Assembly (NCBI GenBank): GCA_016283195.1
Contig: JAEEML010000164.1
Coordinates: 1 to 32,573 of the forward strand
DNA: 32,573 nt
DNA from: Deltaproteobacteria bacterium
Lineage (GTDB): Bacteria > JAEEML01
Direction: 5' to 3'
Made by a program: the position numbers and the translations under genes. The notes below the pieces were generated by a model. That model was not told the DNA's origin. It made no database searches and worked only from the letters and a program-made list of their open reading frames with translations. Positions 17,010-26,188 of the stretch are shown here, piece by piece; positions within the stretch are counted from its first letter, which is position 1; every line of letters starts with the position of its first letter.

Positions 17010-18368
17010 CTAATTCTTGGGCGGATATTTGTGCCCCTGGTAAATAGCAGCCGGTAGATAGATGTCGGTACTGGTATCATCCGGAAAAACTGGCACCGGC
17101 CGCATTTCCTCCCCGCGCGGGTAATATTCCAGCTCTATTTTAACTGCTTTATGGTCGGAAACATTAACAAAATCCTCGCTTTCCATTACTTCGTAGCTTA
17201 AAAGCTTAGATTCTTTGCTATAAAATGAGTAATCAATAACTATCGGCACGCCGCTATCGGTAATCATTGCGGGAATAGCCTCGTTTTCAATGGTAGTGGC
17301 ATCGTTTATAGCTACCCCGGTTTCAATGGCTTTAGCTCTGGTGCTGATAAGGCCGGAACAATTTTTAAAGGTTTCCACAGCTCCGGCAAAATCTGGGCTG
17401 ACCTCAGCCGTACTGCCGACAGCTTTAAAGGCCAGGGGCAGAATGAGTTCCGGAGAATCAAATTTGGGCAAAAGAGCGGCAATGAGCTCATAAAGAATAG
17501 CAAAGTCGATGGTATTCATATCGCCGCCAAAGATAATATGAGCCGTGGGGTAAGCTTTACGCACCTTTTCAATAAGATCGCAGGATTCTTCGGCCTGCTT
17601 CATCCGGATAAGCTCGCACTCATAAATGGTATCAAGGGCTTTGCCGATGCCGTATTTGGTAGTTACGCCGACATTAGGCTCCCAGTGAGAGGAAAGAATA
17701 ACAAAAATTTCCCCGCTCTCTTTTTCCTGAAAAACGGCATAAGTGGTGGCAGTTTTCATAGAGAGTCCGTATGTGCCGTAATAAGAGCTCAAATTAATAT
17801 AATTTTTTTCCAAAAGATTTACTTTATCGGGCTGATAGAGCACCTGGGTGAGCATAAAGGGGGTGTGCGGATAAATGGCTTTGTAGCCGTTGGCCGTGAT
17901 ATGAGCGTAATTTTCCGGCAATTTCCAAAGAGCATCCATCTCCACTACCGAAATAAAGGGCGGCTTTTCCGGAAGCGACTGAAGAGCGCGGTCCAGCGAC
18001 TCGGCACGCGGCGGCAAGGGGCTTGCTCCTTCCCAATCGGCATAATTGACCTGGTAAGTATAGGTCGTGCCTTCATAGAGCACCGAGCTCTTATATTTTT
18101 GGTTGCTCACCAGAATATTCCAGCTCATATAGGTGATTTTTTGCCCCGGCTCTTTATGGCAGGCGGTATCACAGCCGTCAAAAAGCCCGGTGTTGGCATC
18201 ATCGCACTCTTCCGGGGCACAAACTATGCCGTTGCCACAAAAATCGTTAAGACATTTTTCATCTATGGGCAGCGGTTCACCGATAGGAGTTGGGGTGTTA
18301 TTTTGATCGCAGGCGGTCAAAAGCAAAAGAATAGCTAAAAAAGGAGATGCATAGCGGCAAAAAATCAT
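17010..18368 (-). CDS. Lipoprotein with Myxococcus Cys-rich repeat + EEP domain, paralogue 1
   Basis: Lipobox LTAC; CGNG...EECDDAN...DGCDTAC; MSWN, VVE, SHW, GGDMN, IDY, SDH. Collinear with the neighbouring gene. Confidence 0.82.
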   Translation of the reverse strand: MIFCRYASPFLAILLLLTACDQNNTPTPIGEPLPIDEKCLNDFCGNGIVCAPEECDDANTGLFDGCDTACHKEPGQKITYMSWNILVSNQKYKSSVLYEGTTYTYQVNYADWEGASPLPPRAESLDRALQSLPEKPPFISVVEMDALWKLPENYAHITANGYKAIYPHTPFMLTQVLYQPDKVNLLEKNYINLSSYYGTYGLSMKTATTYAVFQEKESGEIFVILSSHWEPNVGVTTKYGIGKALDTIYECELIRMKQAEESCDLIEKVRKAYPTAHIIFGGDMNTIDFAILYELIAALLPKFDSPELILPLAFKAVGSTAEVSPDFAGAVETFKNCSGLISTRAKAIETGVAINDATTIENEAIPAMITDSGVPIVIDYSFYSKESKLLSYEVMESEDFVNVSDHKAVKIELEYYPRGEEMRPVPVFPDDTSTDIYLPAAIYQGHKYPPKN

Positions 18369-18420
18369 TTTAAAACACCCGAGGTAAAAGAAAAGCTTTG
18401 GAGTAAGAGGGAGAGAATAA

Positions 18421-20070
18421 TCATTTGGCCGGCGGATTTACCGCATGGCCCACGACATCTTTAAAAGTAAAGCCGCTATCGGTATAGGGGCGAATTTGTG
18501 TGAGCTGATATTGGCGTTTATTCTGGCCGGCAGAGCGCACGAAATCCGGGCGGAAGAGCATGCCGCTATCTTTATCGACATACAGCGGGCCTGTTCTTTG
18601 CGGGCCGCTCGTGGCCGGATCATTATAAGTGTAAACAATATTGCCGTCTTCGTCGGTTTTGCGGCCGGTGATGATGATGAAGTGGTCGGTTATTTTGTCG
18701 GTATTGTAATCGGCATCGCGATCGCTGATACCGATGATAACCGGGCGACCGGCTTCCAAACAGGTATCAATATATTTAACGGAATCGGTAAAAGCACCTT
18801 TACGGCCCATAACCCGGCCGGCGGCATCCTCGGAAATAGCGGTATAATGAGCGCCGTCACCGCCGGGGATTACTTTGGCATCTATCTTACTGTTAAAATC
18901 TTTGAGCATCTTACGGCAGGTGCGATAACAGCCTGTAGGATCGGTCTGCGGATAGCAAGGGACATTAAGAGCCACATCGGCTCTATGCGGTGTGCCCTCT
19001 TTGGCCGCCCGGGAAAGGTCGGTATATGAACGATATGGCTGCTCGAAACCGACATAGCATTTTTCTAAAATAGCATTAGCTTTGCCGGAACTGGTGAGGT
19101 CTTTTTCGGCCGGTTTTTTGCCCATAGCTATGGGGTTACTTAGGCGGAGCCTAGAAGCATCATTGCCGGCATCAATAGAGCTAAGGGAGGCAAAAACTGT
19201 CTCGGCAGCCTTTTTGCCCTGGATGATACCGCCTTTTTGTGCTCCCTGATAATTAATGGCCCCCATATTAAAGCCCAGCTCTCTTAAGGCCGATAAATCC
19301 TCGGGAGTCAGCATTTTAAGGTCATAATAACCGGCAGTATGGCTCTCTATATAATCATTTTTGGTGACAACTTGTGCTTTTTGGGCATGAGCGGTGAGAA
19401 TATCCAAAACATCACCGGCTATTGTCGATTTCATTTCAGTTTGGCCGAGAGCACTTTGCTTGGTGGTGATGAGGCCGTCTTCTGTGCCGTCTTTTTTGTC
19501 TAAAAGAGCGAAGAGGCGGTCAAATTCCTGCGGAGTGGAAATAGAGCCGTCCGGCCCGGCGCACTTTTTAAGTTCACCAAGTTCGGCAAAACTGAGTTTA
19601 ATGACCAATTTGCCGGCATCGATAGCGGTGGCGAAAGCTTCTTGAAGAGAATCAACCTTGATGCTTATAGCGGCATCGGCAAAGCGCATAGCCATATCCG
19701 AAGCAGTTATATTCTCTGATTTAGTGCGAGCACCCAACAGGGTATTTAAAATGGTTCCGCTCATGGTTGGTGTGGAAAGACCGTCTTTGGTGGTAGATGC
19801 GGTAAAAGATTTACCGGAACCGTTTTGGTCGTAACTATCGACAGCAGTAAATAAATCATTAAGCTCTGCGCCGCGAATCAGCCCATCCTGCCCGGCAACT
19901 GTCATGAGCTTTTCTTTGACGTTAGCGCGTTCTTCAGGAGTTTTATTAAGCCCTGATAAAGAATTATCAACCTGCGTTAAGAGGTTGTCGTCCACCTTAA
20001 TTGTGGTACCGCCGAAATCAGTGTTGAAATTCTGTTGGGTGTAAGTGGAAATGTTACCGATTGAGCTCAT
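18421..20070 (-). CDS. Hypothetical protein: three EF-hand-like repeats + C-terminal papain-fold (peptidase C39-like) domain
   Basis: GGAGG RBS. LNVPCYPQ...GCYRTC, GRPVIIG, TDHFIIITG and YNDPA give Q375/C381/H463/D484. No signal peptide. Confidence 0.7.
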   Translation of the reverse strand: MSSIGNISTYTQQNFNTDFGGTTIKVDDNLLTQVDNSLSGLNKTPEERANVKEKLMTVAGQDGLIRGAELNDLFTAVDSYDQNGSGKSFTASTTKDGLSTPTMSGTILNTLLGARTKSENITASDMAMRFADAAISIKVDSLQEAFATAIDAGKLVIKLSFAELGELKKCAGPDGSISTPQEFDRLFALLDKKDGTEDGLITTKQSALGQTEMKSTIAGDVLDILTAHAQKAQVVTKNDYIESHTAGYYDLKMLTPEDLSALRELGFNMGAINYQGAQKGGIIQGKKAAETVFASLSSIDAGNDASRLRLSNPIAMGKKPAEKDLTSSGKANAILEKCYVGFEQPYRSYTDLSRAAKEGTPHRADVALNVPCYPQTDPTGCYRTCRKMLKDFNSKIDAKVIPGGDGAHYTAISEDAAGRVMGRKGAFTDSVKYIDTCLEAGRPVIIGISDRDADYNTDKITDHFIIITGRKTDEDGNIVYTYNDPATSGPQRTGPLYVDKDSGMLFRPDFVRSAGQNKRQYQLTQIRPYTDSGFTFKDVVGHAVNPPAK

Positions 20071-20114
20071 TTTTTACCTCCATAAAAAACACTCGTCGCT
20101 ATTATCGCCATTTT

Positions 20115-20131
20115 TGCAAAAAAGTCGCCTA
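20115..20131 (-). promoter_or_regulatory. Possible sigma54 -24/-12 promoter
   Basis: Minus strand TAGGCGACTTTTTTGCA (GG-N10-GC, TTGCA), about 45 nt upstream of ATG 20070. Confidence 0.4.
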
Positions 20132-20145
20132 AAAAGTTTCATTTT

Positions 20146-21270
20146 TTATGCGGCGGAAAAATAGCCGGCAGAATCTTTGGTAATATAGCCGCCAAGTTCC
20201 AGCTCTAAAAGCATGGTGGCGAGTTCGCCGTGACTATGGCCGCTATATGCCAGGAGCTCTTCAAGGAGGCGCGGCGCCGCACATATATATTTAAATATTT
20301 TCTCCTCCGGCGGCGGCAATTCACCTAAATTTGCGGCCGGTGCCGGTTTTTTCGGGGCCGCCGCCTTTTCCGCAAAAGGCAGATTTAAGTTTTTGCCTTT
20401 TAGCGGCAAGGTAGAATTAAAATCAGCGGCAATCTCTTTGGCCGAGGTTACACTTTTGGCGCCGCGCCTTAGCAGCAGATTATTGCCGGCGCTCGCTTTC
20501 TCCCAGGGAGAAAGCGGCAAAGTCATGAGCACCCGCCCCAGCTTTTGGGCAAAAGCGGCGGTGGAAAGGGCGCCGCTGGGAATGCCGGCGCTGCTGACCA
20601 AAACTCCGCCGGAAAGGGCGGCAATAAGGCGATTGCGGGCCAAAAACATATCGCGCCGCACTGTTGTACCAGGGGCATACTCGCTGATGACCAGGCCGCC
20701 CGCGGCAATAATCTGCTGCTGTAAGGCCTCCTCGCTCTTGGGATAAAAGGTGCCGGCCGGAACACCCAAAACCACTACCGGCGGCAAAGAGCCGAGGAGG
20801 CCGCCTTGAAGAGCGGCACTGTCTATCCCGCTGGCTCCGCCGGATATAATGCCAATATTGTAGTCGGCTAAATTTTGCGCTGTTTCTTTCGTCCAGCGGC
20901 AGGCTCTCTCCCCGGGGCTTCTCGTGCCCACGATGGCGCAAAGCGGCCCCAAAAGGCGTTTAATATTTCCGCGCGCAAAGAGTAAAAGCGGCGGATTTGT
21001 CAGTTCATAGAGACTTTTTGGATATTCAGCATGGCCGTAATATATGGTAATTACTTTCTTTTCTTCCAGAAAGGCCAGGATATCGGTTAACTCTTTTTCT
21101 TTGGGCAGAGTTATTTCTTCTGCTAGAGGTAAATTCTCCCACCAGGCGCTTCCGGGCAGCTTTTCCGGGCCAAGGTCGCTAAAAATTTGCCGTTTTTCTT
21201 TCAAACTAAGGCCCCGGCTCAAATAAAGACGACATAAGGCCATGGTTAAATATTGAGACATATCAGACAC
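20146..21270 (-). CDS. dprA: DNA-processing protein DprA
   Basis: AIVGTR, ISGGASGID, FLARNR, SGALSTA and a C-terminal winged helix. Start is probably GTG 21270 (GAGG RBS) or ATG 21261. Confidence 0.93.
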   Translation of the reverse strand: MSDMSQYLTMALCRLYLSRGLSLKEKRQIFSDLGPEKLPGSAWWENLPLAEEITLPKEKELTDILAFLEEKKVITIYYGHAEYPKSLYELTNPPLLLFARGNIKRLLGPLCAIVGTRSPGERACRWTKETAQNLADYNIGIISGGASGIDSAALQGGLLGSLPPVVVLGVPAGTFYPKSEEALQQQIIAAGGLVISEYAPGTTVRRDMFLARNRLIAALSGGVLVSSAGIPSGALSTAAFAQKLGRVLMTLPLSPWEKASAGNNLLLRRGAKSVTSAKEIAADFNSTLPLKGKNLNLPFAEKAAAPKKPAPAANLGELPPPEEKIFKYICAAPRLLEELLAYSGHSHGELATMLLELELGGYITKDSAGYFSAA

Positions 21271-21383
21271 TTTAAAACCTCTTTTCGCTTTCTGTAAGCC
21301 AAATTGGATAACCATCTTTTAACAGAAAAGCCTTTTGGGAGCAAGGAAAGATTGCATCTTTGTCAGTTAATTTAAAATTTAAC

Positions 21384-21416
21384 TTTTCAGAGGCCATTAG
21401 GCAGAGTATAATGGCC
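21384..21416 (+). promoter_or_regulatory. Putative sigma70 promoter overlapped by a perfect 8-9-8 inverted repeat
   Basis: TTTTCA-N17-TATAAT (21407-21412); GGCCATTA (21392-21399) N9 TAATGGCC (21409-21416). Confidence 0.55.
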
Positions 21417-21450
21417 GAGTTTATTGTCCATAGCGGACACAACTGAGGTA

Positions 21451-21774
21451 ATGATGAATTTAAGCAAAGTCGGTGGCCCTTCACAGATGATACCAACTCA
21501 AGCAGCCGGGCAGACGCATACTCCCGAGCAGCTGGAAAATATCAAAAAAAACCTGGTTAAAAACGGAGCCTCCCCGGAACGAATGGCCAAAATGAAACAG
21601 GTAGCTGCCAAAGCGGCCCAAAAAGCCAAAGGAGCGAAAGGCAGCGGGAAAGCCGGCAAAGCCGGTTTGTCTCATGAACTTTCCAGCTGGCTTGATGAGG
21701 ACGAAGAGGGCGATGCTTTGAAACAAAGAGCTCAGGACCTCAAAGAAGCCCTCGAAGAAGAAGAGGAAATTTAG
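21451..21774 (+). CDS. Small hypothetical protein (Lys/Ala-rich middle, acidic C-terminus)
   Basis: GAGG RBS before ATG ATG at 21451/21454, directly downstream of the promoter. Confidence 0.65.
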   Translation: MMNLSKVGGPSQMIPTQAAGQTHTPEQLENIKKNLVKNGASPERMAKMKQVAAKAAQKAKGAKGSGKAGKAGLSHELSSWLDEDEEGDALKQRAQDLKEALEEEEEI

Positions 21775-21809
21775 CTTACTTTAACTATACTGTCGGAATA
21801 GGGGGAGAC

Positions 21810-23447
21810 ATGAATAAGCCGGTAAAAGCAGGGCTTTTTATGGCACTTCTAGGTTTAAGCACAATGCTTGCTTCGTGCCAAAATGAGTCATTCGACTTCC
21901 AGCCTAATTATAATTATGATGCCGCCCATTTTAATTTTCGGGTGGAAACGCCGTCAAAAGCCGATATCCTTTTTGTTATTGATGATTCCGGTTCCATGCG
22001 CGAAGAGCAAGCCAATCTTAGAGCCAGTATCTCCAAAATGCTCTATGAGCTGGCCGCTAAAGATACCGATTACCGCGTCGGTGTTACTTCCAACGATATG
22101 GTGGAAGACTTTTCTTATGTCACTTGCGACAGCAACAGCGACTGTGCACCTATCGGGCCAACCTGGTCTTGTAGCACCACCTGCTTGGGTCATAAAGGCG
22201 AGCGCCGCTGTGTGGAAAAAGTCACTATTGAACTCGATGGCGGCACCGATGTCGATCTTTGTGTAAGTTTGGAGCATGATGGCAAAAAAGGGCGCCTGAT
22301 ATCCGTCAACGGCAATGCCCATGTCCTTGACCGGGGTGATATTGCCCGCAAAGTCGGCACAGAAAACGCCGAGCGCGAAGTTTTAAGGCAACTTTCGGAA
22401 AATATGTTTGGTCTGGGGATTTACTCTCCCGGTTACGAACAAGGGCTCAATGCTGCCGCTGTTGCCATCGGTATAGATCCCGATGATGTTATCGATCCTG
22501 TAAATCCCGCCAATGATTTAACAAGAGCACCTGATGGCCCCAATACTTATAAATCTTACGGCGAGGCCAGCCCCACATCCTGGGTGCGCCCCGACGCCAT
22601 GTTGGCCGTTATCTTTCTTTCTGATGAAGAGGATTGCTCTTATCCTGCTAATTTAAAAGATATTTTCTTGAGCGATGTTACCCTTGGTCACCCGGCCAGC
22701 ACCTCTTGTTATCTTTATAAAGATAGTCTGAGGCCGGTCAGTGATTTTACTGATTTGTTTATTAACAAAAAGGCCGATTCTTCGCTAAAAGGTGCTAAAA
22801 AGCTGGATTCCGGCAAAAGCCGTCTTACTTTTGGCTTTATCGGCGGGATGAGCCCGGCCACCCTATTTTCCGATGTTCCTGGCATTTGGACTCAGGGCAA
22901 ACCGGCCGATTGTCGTCGCTCTGCCTCCGGGCCTATTAGTGAATGTGCCTGTTTTGCTTTTAAATACGAGCCGCTTAGTGAGGGTATGTGCCCATTTACA
23001 ACTCTTAATAAATCCGATTTAAACGGTGGCGATGCCGCAAAATTTTCTTGTCTTGATAACTGCTGCGAAGCTATGTCCGGCGATCGTTACTTTAACTTTG
23101 TTTCCAGCATCAAGCGCCATATCGGCGATTCCATTTGTCAGGATGATTATAGTCGCGCTTTGGCAGAAATTGCCACCATTGCCACTGAGCCCTGCTTCCA
23201 ACTCCGCGTTTATCCGGCTTGCTCCGAAGCTGCACAAATATCCAGATTTATTAAAGTTAAACATTTTAATGATGTTTTGCCGATGGTTGATCCGGAAAAG
23301 CCTGAAAATGCCGATACCAAAGGTTGGTTTTACCGCTCCGAAACAAATGAAATCTGCCTCCATAATATGGACCGTCTGATTAATGATGAATACGACATTA
23401 CCGTAATGCACACCAACGATAACGGCCGTGACAAAGGCTGTATTTAA
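21810..23447 (+). CDS. Cys-rich vWA-domain lipoprotein (myxobacterial type)
   Basis: Lipobox LASC; MIDAS DILFVIDDSGSMREEQ; YEQGL, RPDAMLAVIFLSDEEDCS, SICQDDY. Confidence 0.8.
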   Translation: MNKPVKAGLFMALLGLSTMLASCQNESFDFQPNYNYDAAHFNFRVETPSKADILFVIDDSGSMREEQANLRASISKMLYELAAKDTDYRVGVTSNDMVEDFSYVTCDSNSDCAPIGPTWSCSTTCLGHKGERRCVEKVTIELDGGTDVDLCVSLEHDGKKGRLISVNGNAHVLDRGDIARKVGTENAEREVLRQLSENMFGLGIYSPGYEQGLNAAAVAIGIDPDDVIDPVNPANDLTRAPDGPNTYKSYGEASPTSWVRPDAMLAVIFLSDEEDCSYPANLKDIFLSDVTLGHPASTSCYLYKDSLRPVSDFTDLFINKKADSSLKGAKKLDSGKSRLTFGFIGGMSPATLFSDVPGIWTQGKPADCRRSASGPISECACFAFKYEPLSEGMCPFTTLNKSDLNGGDAAKFSCLDNCCEAMSGDRYFNFVSSIKRHIGDSICQDDYSRALAEIATIATEPCFQLRVYPACSEAAQISRFIKVKHFNDVLPMVDPEKPENADTKGWFYRSETNEICLHNMDRLINDEYDITVMHTNDNGRDKGCI

Positions 23448-23465
23448 AAATATCCAGCGGGTGTT

Positions 23466-24167
23466 ATGACTTTTTTCCTAGCCTCAGCATATCATGTTTA
23501 CCTGGCTGTTTTGGTGGAACAAGTGCTTTTGCTGGTGGCCGGGCATCCCATTACTTTAAGTGAACTCGAGCAGGAATCGCGCCTTTTTTTAGCCGGTTTC
23601 AGCGCTGAAGGCATGGGTAATGAAGCTGCTAATGTGCCTCTCGATGATGAGATTATGTGCAAAACACTCCGCACTTTGGTCATTCAATATGTCATTGAGG
23701 CGGAAGCCAATCGTTTAAGCGTCCCGGCAGCCAAACCTCAGGCGGTGCAGAAGGCTTTAGCCGGTTTGAAAATGCACTTTGCCGGGGAGGCCGATTTTAA
23801 AAATTTTATGCAAAAACTTGAACTTACTTCAACCGAGCTGGCAGCGATTTTATCGCGGCGCGTCAGGGTGGACCTCATGATGCAAAATCGCGGTAGCCGA
23901 GTGCAGATAGATGAAGAACAGGTGGCCGAACATTTTGGGCGCTATCCCGGGCGCTTTAAGGATATGCGCGAAGCTTATATCGACCTCTTGCGCAGTGAGA
24001 CCACCGAAGTGATGCAAAGCTGGTTTGAAGAGCTTTTTACCCGCCATACTTTGCGCCATATCAAAGTGCCCGATGGTTTAAAAAGTTCGATTGAAAATTG
24101 CCAAATAGATATTCATGACCTATTGGGCCTAGCCGCCACACAAGAAAAGGGAGCGCCAAAGAAATGA
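23466..24167 (+). CDS. SurA N-terminal-like chaperone domain protein
   Basis: EQVLLLVAGHPITLSELE, LVIQYVIEAEA, F...DFKNFMQK pattern. No PPIase domain seen. Confidence 0.55.
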   Translation: MTFFLASAYHVYLAVLVEQVLLLVAGHPITLSELEQESRLFLAGFSAEGMGNEAANVPLDDEIMCKTLRTLVIQYVIEAEANRLSVPAAKPQAVQKALAGLKMHFAGEADFKNFMQKLELTSTELAAILSRRVRVDLMMQNRGSRVQIDEEQVAEHFGRYPGRFKDMREAYIDLLRSETTEVMQSWFEELFTRHTLRHIKVPDGLKSSIENCQIDIHDLLGLAATQEKGAPKK

Positions 24168-26185
24168 ATAATTACACTATATTGGAAATGCCGATTTGCG
24201 CTGTGGAAGTAATGTCCCAAAGAGCTCAAATTACCAGAAAGTGCCTTCTTACGCCGGCGGAAGTTCAGGGAAAAAACTTTCTTATTAAAAATTTGTCGCC
24301 GCTTTTAAGTGACACTTCGCTAAGGGTGGACATTACCGGCGATGCGCTTATTACAGCTGTTTTTGTTAAAACGGCTAAAAATGAAGAAAAAAGTGCGGCC
24401 AATTTTGAGCTAACCCGCCTTGAGCTAAAGGAAGCTGAAATTAGTAAGGCTCTTGAGTGGCACCAAAACCAAATTAAGGAGCTAGAAGAGCTGGAATTTG
24501 CTCTGCCTGATGAGGCTTATGGTGCGGAAAACCGTTTTCTTGTGCCAAATCCGGTGGAAAAATGGCAGGAATTTCTTAGTTGTCGTGCCGCGCTCGTGGA
24601 GCAACATATAAATGAGCTGGAAAAGTTAAAAACCCGGAAAGAAGCGCTTCTGGAAGAAAAAAAAGCCCTGCTAAATAAAACGCAAACTAAAGATTTATCC
24701 TATAATTTTAAGGAAATATATATTACTCTTGATAGAGAGCCGGCGATAAATACCGAAATAACAGTAACTTACCAGGTGCTTGGAGCCGTTTGGCATCCTC
24801 TTTATGAGCTGAGACTAAATAGCGGTGAAAAAAAGGCCACTTTGAGTATTAAAGCCGCTATTGCTCAGATGAGCGGTGAGGAATGGCCGGCAGTGCCCAT
24901 TACTTTATCTTCTTCCGATGTGACGCGCATAGCTTCTTTGCCCAAACTGCCGTCATGGCGCATTGGGCGGCCGGCCCCGGAAGCCGAAAACTGGCGTCCT
25001 TTGCCGGCAGACAGTGCCAGCCTGCTCACCGATTACCGAAATTTTGTTAAAGCTTCTAAAAAAGGCCCGGAGAGCTCCCGAAAAAGCCGCGATGAAATGA
25101 TGCTTGAGCGCTCCGCAATGAGTGTGGATAGGAACCCGGCCCCTATGATGGCCGCCGGCGCCATGGCGGCTCCGCCGGTACCCAAACCGGGATTTTTTTC
25201 CGGCATGATGATGGGGGCGGCGGCTATGGCCTCAGCTCCTCGGAAAATGGCCAGAAAAGCCGTGGCCGATAGCGCTCCATGTGAGATGATTTGCGATGAA
25301 GACGTTGTTTGCGAAGAAGCGGCGTGTGTGGAAAGTTTTGCTGCCGAGACTCCGGAAGAGTTTGCTGCCGGCACGGCCGGTGGCGGGACACCAGGCAGTG
25401 CGTTTTTGGATTATAGCCTTTTGCAAATGGGCGGAGCCGATGAGAAAAACGGTGGCGAGCTGCGGCCCAAAGCCGGGGAAAAGGCGGAGAGCTCTAGCGG
25501 CGTGCACAGTTGGTTAAAAAGTCAAAACCCTGTTACGCCGAGCTATCTTGTTAATTACAGCGGCTATTCGGCTGTGCCGATTGTGTCCGACGGGCTTTTT
25601 CACAAAGTGCCGCTTATGAGTATCAATGTGCCTTTTTCTATTGAATATTGGGCAGTGCCGAGAGAAGGGGAAGAACTCTACCGCAGCGGCCGCTTCACTA
25701 GTAGCGGCGATTTTCATTTGCTATCGGGAACTATTGAAATTTATTGGGATAACCAAATGCTCCTTTCTACAACTTTGCCGGCTACCGCTAGCGGTGAAAC
25801 AGTTAGTTTGCCGCTGGGAATTGAGGAGCGTTGTTCTATTTGCCGAACTGTGCAACATAATGAGCGCCAAAGCGGCCTTATTTCCCAGTCGGTTACTTAT
25901 ACCGATAATGTGACAATAGAACTTATTTCCCGGATGCCGGAGCCCATAGAAATTCACCTCTTGGACCGGATGCCGGTGACTACCTCCAGCGATATAAAAA
26001 TAGATTTACAGAGCGTAGAGCCTAAAGTGGCAGACTTTTTAGACCTTAAAGGCCAAAAGCTTTCTTCCGGTGTACTTGGCTGGCTTATTACCTGCCAACC
26101 CGGCCAAAAGCAGGAAGTTTCTTTTGCCTATTCTATTGAAATTCCCGCCAAGCAGGAAGTTATCGGCGGCGGCAGGAGGGCCTAA
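24164..26185 (+). CDS. DUF4140/DUF4139 (MuiA-like) protein
   Basis: VEVMSQRAQITR, SLRV, coiled coil, AVWHPLYELRL, IAQMSGEEW, LLDRMPV. ATGA overlap with the previous gene. Confidence 0.85.
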   Translation: MNNYTILEMPICAVEVMSQRAQITRKCLLTPAEVQGKNFLIKNLSPLLSDTSLRVDITGDALITAVFVKTAKNEEKSAANFELTRLELKEAEISKALEWHQNQIKELEELEFALPDEAYGAENRFLVPNPVEKWQEFLSCRAALVEQHINELEKLKTRKEALLEEKKALLNKTQTKDLSYNFKEIYITLDREPAINTEITVTYQVLGAVWHPLYELRLNSGEKKATLSIKAAIAQMSGEEWPAVPITLSSSDVTRIASLPKLPSWRIGRPAPEAENWRPLPADSASLLTDYRNFVKASKKGPESSRKSRDEMMLERSAMSVDRNPAPMMAAGAMAAPPVPKPGFFSGMMMGAAAMASAPRKMARKAVADSAPCEMICDEDVVCEEAACVESFAAETPEEFAAGTAGGGTPGSAFLDYSLLQMGGADEKNGGELRPKAGEKAESSSGVHSWLKSQNPVTPSYLVNYSGYSAVPIVSDGLFHKVPLMSINVPFSIEYWAVPREGEELYRSGRFTSSGDFHLLSGTIEIYWDNQMLLSTTLPATASGETVSLPLGIEERCSICRTVQHNERQSGLISQSVTYTDNVTIELISRMPEPIEIHLLDRMPVTTSSDIKIDLQSVEPKVADFLDLKGQKLSSGVLGWLITCQPGQKQEVSFAYSIEIPAKQEVIGGGRRA

Positions 26186-26188
26186 CAA

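Noticed and set aside
11359-19029. Long antisense ORFs (11359-12081, 13133-13813, 17538-18338, 18445-19029 and others)
   Set aside because: They are shadows of well-supported genes on the opposite strand, with no recognisable motifs.
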